From: Coleofasciculus sp. E2-BRE-01 | Lineage (GTDB): Bacteria > Cyanobacteriota > Cyanobacteriia > Cyanobacteriales > Coleofasciculaceae | Strand: one strand, 5' to 3' | Assembly (NCBI GenBank): GCA_040221695.1 | Contig: JAVKEA010000190.1 | Length of the DNA stretch: 24,000 nt | In this document: piece after piece, positions 18,084 to 24,000 of the stretch | Position numbering within the stretch: position 1 is the stretch's first letter | Layout: the number at the start of each line of letters is the position of its first letter | The notes under the pieces: generated by a model | What the model was told of the DNA's origin: nothing | The model's input: only the letters and a program-made list of their open reading frames with translations | Database searches by the model: none | Program-made: the position numbers and the translations under genes

Positions 18084-18115
18084 ACCCCCTGCTAAAATGG
18101 CGGGGGTCTTTTTTT
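18084..18115 (+). terminator. Second Rho-independent-like terminator
   Basis: ACCCCC(t)GC-taaaatg-GCGGGGGT followed by CTTTTTTT. Confidence 0.65.
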
Positions 18116-18215
18116 GTCTATTTTTTTTTGTCAATGTTGGTCGGTGCGCCGATCATCAGCTTCATATCTTGATTTACACTCTTTACAGGGAAAACGCAAT
18201 GACCAAGGATAATTA

Positions 18216-19112
18216 ATGAGTTCAACACTTCAGCGTCAAATTCAGCAGTTTTACGACGCCTCCTCCGGACTGTGGGAACAGGTTTGGGGCGAACACATGC
18301 ACCATGGTTATTATGGTCCGCTGGGTCGTGAGAAAAAAGGTCGGCGTCAGGCGCAGATTGATTTAATTGAGGAACTGCTGAATTGGGGTGATGTGCAGCA
18401 CGCCGAGAACATCTTAGATGTAGGGTGTGGGATTGGCGGAAGTTCTCTGGACTTAGCCCAACGGTTTGGGGCAAAGGTACAAGGGATTACGCTGAGTCCC
18501 GTCCAAGCCGCCAGAGCAACCGAACGGGCAAAAGAGGCGGGGTTAGAGGCTGAGGTGGAGTTTCAGGTGGCTGATGCCTTGGATATGTCGTTTGCGGATA
18601 ACTGTTTTGATTTTATCTGGTCGTTAGAAAGTGGGGAACATTTACCCGATAAGCATAAATTTCTGGCAGAATGCTACCGGGTTCTGAAACCAGGTGGGAC
18701 ATTTCTGATGGCGACGTGGTGTCATCGTCCGATTACGCCAGCCACGGGAGAGTTAACGGCAGATGAAAAGCAGCATTTAGAGCAAATTTACCAGGTTTAC
18801 TGTTTACCTTATGTGATTTCATTGCCAGAGTACGCCGCAATTGCCCGTGAGTTATCTTTTGCGGATATTCGCACTGATGATTGGTCAGATGCAGTCGCAC
18901 CGTTTTGGGATATTGTCATTGATTCAGCCTTTGAACCCCAAGCATTAATCGGTTTACTCAAAAGTGGTTGGGGTACAGTGCAAGCGGCGCTATCGTTGGG
19001 ATTAATGAGTCGGGGGTATCGGCGGGGTTTGATTCGGTTTGGTGTACTCTCTGCTCAGAAACCATCTTTAAATCGCTTGACCCTGAGCGAAGTCGAAGGG
19101 TCAATCCCCTGA
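18216..19112 (+). CDS. SAM-dependent methyltransferase, gamma-tocopherol methyltransferase-like
   Basis: 298 aa: YDASSGLWEQVWGEHMHHGYYGP, ILDVGCGIGGSSLDLAQRFGAKVQGITLSPVQA, WSLESGEHLPDKHKFLAECYRVLKPGG, ATWCHRP. Matches the cyanobacterial tocopherol methyltransferase pattern. The C-terminal residues derive from a dispersed repeat. Confidence 0.82.
   Translation: MSSTLQRQIQQFYDASSGLWEQVWGEHMHHGYYGPLGREKKGRRQAQIDLIEELLNWGDVQHAENILDVGCGIGGSSLDLAQRFGAKVQGITLSPVQAARATERAKEAGLEAEVEFQVADALDMSFADNCFDFIWSLESGEHLPDKHKFLAECYRVLKPGGTFLMATWCHRPITPATGELTADEKQHLEQIYQVYCLPYVISLPEYAAIARELSFADIRTDDWSDAVAPFWDIVIDSAFEPQALIGLLKSGWGTVQAALSLGLMSRGYRRGLIRFGVLSAQKPSLNRLTLSEVEGSIP
19078..19105. repeat. Short dispersed palindromic repeat forming the end of the methyltransferase ORF
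   Basis: TTGACCCTGAGCGAAGTCGAAGGGTCAA: arms TTGACCCT/AGGGTCAA. Confidence 0.85.
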
Positions 19113-19189
19113 AGGGGTGACAAACTCGCGTAAAAGGTAGGTAGGGTATGGGGTGTGGGGTATGGGGTGTGGGGAAAATATTAGAGAAA

Positions 19190-19627
19190 CTAACTGTGAT
19201 GGTGATACGCCCCAATTTCGGGTTGAAAGGGAGCGATTTCTGGCTTCACATCCACGCCTAACTGATTCAACATCGCCTGTAAAACGGAGTCAGGTGACAA
19301 GCGTAAATAGTGGGGAGTGACTTCCAAGGGGACGTGGCGATTACCAAGGTGATAGGCGGCTCGCAGTAAACTCAGGGGATGGGGAGACGTAACGGTTAAA
19401 ACAGGTTCGGGTTTCGCCGCAATCTGCACCACTATCTCACCTGTCTCAGATTGGAGTAAATCCCCATCATTGAGAATCGTCCCTCTCGGTAAACGCAGAT
19501 ACAAACCCTGACCCTCTGGGGTTTCAAAGCGGTAGCGTGTCCGGGTGCGTTCCTCGGCGGTGAGGGAAAGTGTAAAATTAGCGGAGAGTTTTGTCGCTGA
19601 GTTCAAGCGTTGCGTCAACGTCAGCAT
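19190..19627 (-). CDS. ureE: Urease accessory protein UreE
   Basis: 145 aa: [98 protein letters not shown]. Confidence 0.9.
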   Translation of the reverse strand: MLTLTQRLNSATKLSANFTLSLTAEERTRTRYRFETPEGQGLYLRLPRGTILNDGDLLQSETGEIVVQIAAKPEPVLTVTSPHPLSLLRAAYHLGNRHVPLEVTPHYLRLSPDSVLQAMLNQLGVDVKPEIAPFQPEIGAYHHHS

Positions 19628-19659
19628 AAATTGCCCAATCTGTCAAGCTAAAGTGCAAG

Positions 19660-20151
19660 CTAAAGTGACCGTTTCAGGCGAATCAGTTGATTCTGAATTT
19701 GCCGTTGTAAATCGGGGTCGAATTGAGCTGTATTCGTAATAGCGTTAAATTGAGCCATGTTGAACCCCTGGCTTTCGCCAATTTCTTTGGCTTTATTGCA
19801 GTAGTTGACGGCAATTCCTTGGACATCAGAGGGGAGTTCTTTGAGAGAATCGGGTTGGGTACAGGTAATATTAGGAATCTGATCTTGGTTTATCTGTTGC
19901 TGAATTTCGCTGAAGGCAGTTTGACGGCTATTTTCGATCGCCAGAAGTGCCTTGGCGTAATTCCTGATTTCCTCTTCGGTGATAGTTTCGGCTGATAATG
20001 GGGAGATAGACGGACTTGCCTCTGGAGTGGAGTTAGAGGAACATCCAGAGAGAATGAGGGCGAGTGCGGTTACACAACTCGTCCAGGAAATCCTATAGGT
20101 TCGCGATCGCGCCTGTATGGGCATGGAATCCGATTCAAGTAGCAACGGCAA
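19660..20151 (-). CDS. DUF4168-type lipoprotein
   Basis: 163 aa: lipobox ALILSGC; EEEIRNYAKALLAIENSRQTAFSEI...IPNITCTQPDSLKELP...VNYCNKAKEI...GFNMAQFNAIT, DUF4168 pattern. Confidence 0.78.
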   Translation of the reverse strand: MPLLLESDSMPIQARSRTYRISWTSCVTALALILSGCSSNSTPEASPSISPLSAETITEEEIRNYAKALLAIENSRQTAFSEIQQQINQDQIPNITCTQPDSLKELPSDVQGIAVNYCNKAKEIGESQGFNMAQFNAITNTAQFDPDLQRQIQNQLIRLKRSL

Positions 20152-20268
20152 AGTGTAGCTCTATTTTGACAGGTTTTGACCGTTTGGATCTCAGGAACTT
20201 AGTAAAACTCAGGGTTCTTGCTTATATCTAGAGTTCCTTACCGAGCGTTATGATACCACAATAGGGGC

Positions 20269-20757
20269 TTATCGTTGGCTGGATTCTTGCTGTCTTTGTA
20301 ATGCATCTTGAATCCGCTGTCGTAAATTACCATCTTTTTCCGCCAGACGTGTAATTTGATTGAATCGGGAGGGGGTTAAATAATTATTCACCAGCGCTAA
20401 AGCTTGGTTACAATAAGTATTGGCAATTTTTCGCGCCTCCTGAGACGGCAGTTGATTGATGGTTTCTGAGCGATGACACTGGATATCAGGAATGTTGCCA
20501 TTTACGATTTTTTTAATTTCGTTATAGGCAACTTGGCGCAAGGGTTCCATGGCTAAAACTGCTCTAGCATAGTTGGTAACTTCCGCCTCGGTAACCGCTT
20601 GTTGAGCATAGACAGCACGGCTGAAGTCCAAACTTAGAGACTGTCGCGAAAGTTCGGGAATGAACCCAGACAGTAAACCTAAGCTGGTTAGTGCAGCTAC
20701 AATAAGTGGACGAGAGAAACGAGGCACATGAGGGTGATTACAGTAGGACGTGATCAT
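20269..20757 (-). CDS. DUF4168-type secreted protein, paralogue of the adjacent gene
   Basis: 162 aa: VTNYARAVLAMEPLRQVAYNEIKKIVNGNIPDIQCHRSETINQLP...NTYCNQALALV...LTPSRFNQIT; same two-Cys layout as 19660-20151. Confidence 0.8.
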   Translation of the reverse strand: MITSYCNHPHVPRFSRPLIVAALTSLGLLSGFIPELSRQSLSLDFSRAVYAQQAVTEAEVTNYARAVLAMEPLRQVAYNEIKKIVNGNIPDIQCHRSETINQLPSQEARKIANTYCNQALALVNNYLTPSRFNQITRLAEKDGNLRQRIQDALQRQQESSQR

Positions 20758-20922
20758 GACGATCGCAAATAATTAAACAGTACACAACAAAACCCAGAGT
20801 GGGCTTGTTTTTCCTGAACTATTTTAGGGGATAGAAGTTCCGCTGTCGGGTGTCGGGTGTTGGGTGTTGGGTGTGGTGTCGGGTGTGAGGGTGTGAGGGT
20901 GTGGGGTATGGGGTGTCGGGTG

Positions 20923-20958
20923 TGGGGAAGTTGGGGAAGCTGGGGAAGCTGGGGAAGT
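20923..20958 (+). repeat. Third GGGGAAG(C/T)T short tandem array
   Basis: ggggaagttggggaagctggggaagctggggaagtt, followed by a linker shared with the 16.3-kb array. Confidence 0.85.
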
Positions 20959-20997
20959 TAACTTAAAACTCTACCTTAACTATTCCCTATTCCCTGA

Positions 20998-21090
20998 CAA
21001 ATGACCAATGACAAATGACCAATGACCAATGACCAATGACAAATGACAAATGACAAATGACAAATGACAAATGACAAATGACGAATTAAT
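20998..21090 (+). repeat. Heptamer tandem repeat (ATGACAA / ATGACCA)
   Basis: Direct reading: ...aaatgaccaatgacaaatgaccaatgaccaatgaccaatgacaaatgacaaatgac..., immediately downstream of the holA stop. Confidence 0.93.
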
Positions 21091-22066
21091 GACAAATTTG
21101 ACACAATTTTATCACTTGAGTTTGCAGAGTGGAGAGTCCCTCAGCACCTCGTTTTAGGCTAACCTCTAACTCTAATAAAACTCGTAGCGTTGCCATTAAT
21201 TGATCCAGGCTGAGGTGTTGCACATCTTTCTTCAGAAAGTAAATACGCTTAGGGTTACCAACTTCGGCGGCGTTAGCAATAACTTTTATATCCTTTTCTC
21301 CCTCACTCATCATTAGCTTCACCCATAACCATGTGCGAAATTGTCCCACAAGGGTGGCGATAATTCGTAATGGGTGTTCGTTGTTGTTGATTAAGTCAGC
21401 AATCAATCCTAATGCTTTAGTTGTATCGCCTTTGAGGATACTCCCGGCTAATTGTAGGCTATTGTGAGTTGTGGTGGTGACTAACGTAGAAACAGCGCGT
21501 TCATCTAAGCTAGTCGTCTCATCGCCAGCGTAAAGGCGTAATTTGTCGAGTTCGTTGGTAAGTTGACGGGTATTGTTACCCACTGTATCAGCCAGGAGTT
21601 CAGCCGCTAGGGGAGTGAGTTTAACACCAGTGGTTTGGGCGTAGGATTTAACCTGTTGGACTAATTCCTCGGTTTTCCAGGGGGGAATTAGCGGAAATTC
21701 TCGGATTTTGGCGTGTTTTTGCAGCAGTTTGGTGGATTTGAGCCGTCCATCGGGGCGATTATGACTGGTGAGCAGTAATATAGATTCTGGTGGAATGGCG
21801 GGGAGAGTGCGTCCAAGTTCAGCGAGAACATTTTCGGAACAGTTTTGGCAAACGGTGGTATCGACTAGCCAGACTAATCGTCCTCCCATCCCAAATGGGG
21901 GAGTCATCGCTTGATTGAGTCCCTGAATTACGGCATCGGGTTGGTCTGGGGGAATTCTATCATAGTTAAAACTCAGCCAGTTGGGGTCGAGGACGGACTG
22001 GCGCAATTCTTTGACGGCTTGGGTAAGGGCGAAGTCATTGTCTCCCCAATAAAGATAAATTGGCAT
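21086..22066 (-). CDS. holA: DNA polymerase III subunit delta
   Basis: MPIYLYWGDNDFALTQAVKELRQ... start at 22066 (better than the 22165 track start); LADTVGNNTRQLTNELDKLRLYAG, LAGSILKGDTTKALGLIADLINNNEHPLRIIATLVGQFRTWL, LLELEVSLKRG. Confidence 0.88.
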   Translation of the reverse strand: MPIYLYWGDNDFALTQAVKELRQSVLDPNWLSFNYDRIPPDQPDAVIQGLNQAMTPPFGMGGRLVWLVDTTVCQNCSENVLAELGRTLPAIPPESILLLTSHNRPDGRLKSTKLLQKHAKIREFPLIPPWKTEELVQQVKSYAQTTGVKLTPLAAELLADTVGNNTRQLTNELDKLRLYAGDETTSLDERAVSTLVTTTTHNSLQLAGSILKGDTTKALGLIADLINNNEHPLRIIATLVGQFRTWLWVKLMMSEGEKDIKVIANAAEVGNPKRIYFLKKDVQHLSLDQLMATLRVLLELEVSLKRGAEGLSTLQTQVIKLCQICH

Positions 22067-22099
22067 AAGGACGTTTAGCGTATTCGGAGGAAATTCAAC

Positions 22100-22885
22100 G
22101 TGGATGATACTTATCCAACCTATGTCAATCGGGTGGCGAGGATGACTGTACCCGATAGTTATCACTCCCAGTTACCCAATATCCAGGAGTCACCGAAGTT
22201 TGAGCATCTGGCTGATGGCACAACTAAGGCGGTTAATTTTCCAGGATACACGGTGATGACTCCACCCTGGGAGGATGAGTCGGAGAATGGGGCGTTTTAT
22301 GGGAGTTTACAGGAGTTACAAGGGATATTAGAGCAGGAATTGCCCAGTTTCATGATATCGCTTCCGCCTGAGAGTTTTCATTTCACGCTGGCGGATTTAA
22401 TTTGGGAAAATAATTATCGGGATGCGGTGCAGAATAATCCAGAGTTTGATCCACAACTTCAGGGACGCATTCGAGAGAGTTTTGGGCAATATCAGGAGTT
22501 GTATAGGAGTTCTTATCCTATATATTGGCAGTTTTTTGGCGTGATTGTTATGCCCCGTGCGATTGGGGTTTGTTTGGTGCCAAAAGATGAGGAGTCTTAT
22601 CAACGAGTGGTTGAGTTCCGGCGTTGTCTTTATCAAAATCCGGGATTAATTGGTTTGGGGGTTGAGCAGCAGTACCATTTTACGGCGCATATTACGTTAG
22701 GATACTTTGGAAAAATTCCAGCACAGCTTGAGCGCGATCGCATTAGTAGTATGTTATCGGATTTGAATCAGCAATGGTTAGCGAAGGAGGATAATTTATT
22801 CTGGGTGAAGCGGGCTGAGTTGCGGAAGTTTGATAATATGACTCATTTCTATCGCAAATCGGATTTTCCGGTTGTTGAGTTTTGA
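22100..22885 (+). CDS. 2H-phosphoesterase-like protein (DUF1868-like), uncharacterised
   Basis: 261 aa, GTG start with GGAGG SD at 22086-22090. Two H-x-T motifs (SFHFTLADL and TAHITLGYFG), spaced as in the 2H/LigT-like fold. Confidence 0.65.
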   Translation: MDDTYPTYVNRVARMTVPDSYHSQLPNIQESPKFEHLADGTTKAVNFPGYTVMTPPWEDESENGAFYGSLQELQGILEQELPSFMISLPPESFHFTLADLIWENNYRDAVQNNPEFDPQLQGRIRESFGQYQELYRSSYPIYWQFFGVIVMPRAIGVCLVPKDEESYQRVVEFRRCLYQNPGLIGLGVEQQYHFTAHITLGYFGKIPAQLERDRISSMLSDLNQQWLAKEDNLFWVKRAELRKFDNMTHFYRKSDFPVVEF

Positions 22886-23016
22886 TCTGAGTTAGTGTGG
22901 GGTGGGGGCAATGTTTACGTTGATAAGTTTAAAACCCGCCCTCTTTTAGGTTGTTAAAGATGGGATTTGTGTATTTGCGGTGTGAATGGTTTTGTCTCAA
23001 GATTGAATCGTTTTTA

Positions 23017-23060
23017 ACGCAGAGGTTCGCAGAGGTAAGCGCAGAGGGACGCAGAGGGTT
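23017..23060 (+). repeat. Dispersed (A/G)CGCAGAGG-type repeat
   Basis: aacgcagaggttcgcagaggtaagcgcagagggacgcagaggg. Confidence 0.85.
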
Positions 23061-23090
23061 TGGCGTTAGTTGTGAGTAGGAGATGGTAGG

Positions 23091-24000
23091 ATGTATTTGG
23101 CTAAGTTTCGATTGTATAACTATAAATCGTTTCGGGATTCGGGTTGGTTGGAGTTTTCGCCCGGTATCAATATTATTGTGGGACAGAATAATTCAGGTAA
23201 GACGGCGCTGTTGGAGGCGCTGACGCTGAATTTTGAGAATGTGCCGCATCGGAGTTTGAGAACCTTACCCAATTCAGATTCACGATTAGATGATGAATCG
23301 AGGGCGGCAATTATAGTAAGTTTATCCAAGGCAGAATTTATTGATTTCATAAACAAATTACCTGAGCATTCCTTTGGGATATTGCCGCACAATCATCAAA
23401 AATTAAAAGAATTTGTTGACCTTTTACAAGAATGGTTATACAGTCCTAAGGACATTAACATTCAAGCTTCTCAAGCCGGAAATTCATATATTGAAGATAA
23501 TGAGATACAAGTCAATGATCTCAAGACTACTATGAAGCTTTACCATGTCACAAAGAACAATCGGAAGAGCCTATTGATAACAAATCATCAAACAAGAATA
23601 ATTTATTTTGAGGTGCTAGGGGATAATAAATTAAAGGTTGGCAATGAAATAACTGTTGAGGGAGATAGAAAATATATTTGGATTACGATATTTAATAAAT
23701 TTAAATACCGTATATATCGTTTTCAGGCTGAACGTACCGCTCGGTCAATATGTGCTTCTGGAAGTAGCCGTCATCTAAAATCTGATGCATCTAATCTTCC
23801 TGAAGTTATCAATAAACTAGAGGAGCGAGGAAATCGAAAAATATTTGATAAGTTTAATGAGTATGCATCAAGGATTTTTCCAGAAATACAAGAATTTTCT
23901 GTTCGTAATATAAAGTCCAAAGCAAAACCCTCGCTGTTCTCTTCTTCAATAGAGATTTTAGTGTGGTCGAAAGATGCTGCTGAAAATGATAGAGAGGATT
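23091..24000 (+). CDS. AAA family ATPase, RecF/OLD-like N-terminus (cut by right edge)
   Basis: MYLAKFRLYNYKSFRDSGWLEFSPGINIIVGQNNSGKTALLEALTLNF..., Walker A GQNNSGKT. Open to the window end, therefore missing from the ORF track. Confidence 0.85.
   Translation, partial: MYLAKFRLYNYKSFRDSGWLEFSPGINIIVGQNNSGKTALLEALTLNFENVPHRSLRTLPNSDSRLDDESRAAIIVSLSKAEFIDFINKLPEHSFGILPHNHQKLKEFVDLLQEWLYSPKDINIQASQAGNSYIEDNEIQVNDLKTTMKLYHVTKNNRKSLLITNHQTRIIYFEVLGDNKLKVGNEITVEGDRKYIWITIFNKFKYRIYRFQAERTARSICASGSSRHLKSDASNLPEVINKLEERGNRKIFDKFNEYASRIFPEIQEFSVRNIKSKAKPSLFSSSIEILVWSKDAAENDRED

Noticed and set aside
20998-21090. Possible iteron/replication origin near holA
   Set aside because: Heptamer ATGACAA/ATGACCA arrays are a common cyanobacterial STRR type; no dnaA box cluster or rep gene nearby.

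Overview
Cyanobacterial window: HIP1-like GCGATCGC sites, AMIN-domain TonB receptor, short tandemly repeated repeats. The left ~17 kb looks like an iron/siderophore locus. It has the start of a FAAL-ACP-condensation (lipo-initiating) NRPS gene on the minus strand, running off the left edge. Divergent from it are a TonB-dependent receptor, an MFS exporter-like protein and a penicillin-acylase-family Ntn hydrolase. Next come a decayed type II thioesterase, exbB/exbD, a tonB-family gene with an unusual C-terminal charged repeat tail, a secreted MORN-repeat protein, two FecCD-type permeases and a FecE/FhuC-type ATPase. The right part holds a gamma-tocopherol-methyltransferase-like gene, ureE, two DUF4168 paralogues, holA, a 2H-phosphoesterase-like protein and the start of an AAA/RecF-like ATPase cut by the right edge. 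Points most worth follow-up: (1) lipo-initiating NRPS plus acylase plus TonB uptake genes, suggesting PvdQ-like maturation of an acylated siderophore; (2) a TonB-like protein with about 130 residues of E/R/Q repeat after its TonB C-terminal domain; (3) a MORN protein whose six cysteines all lie in three repeats at identical positions; (4) a shared 16-bp motif upstream of the receptor, exbB and tonB; (5) a type II thioesterase with its catalytic middle deleted; (6) nested inverted repeats in the divergent NRPS/receptor intergenic region. All functional assignments come from reading the sequence; no database search was run.
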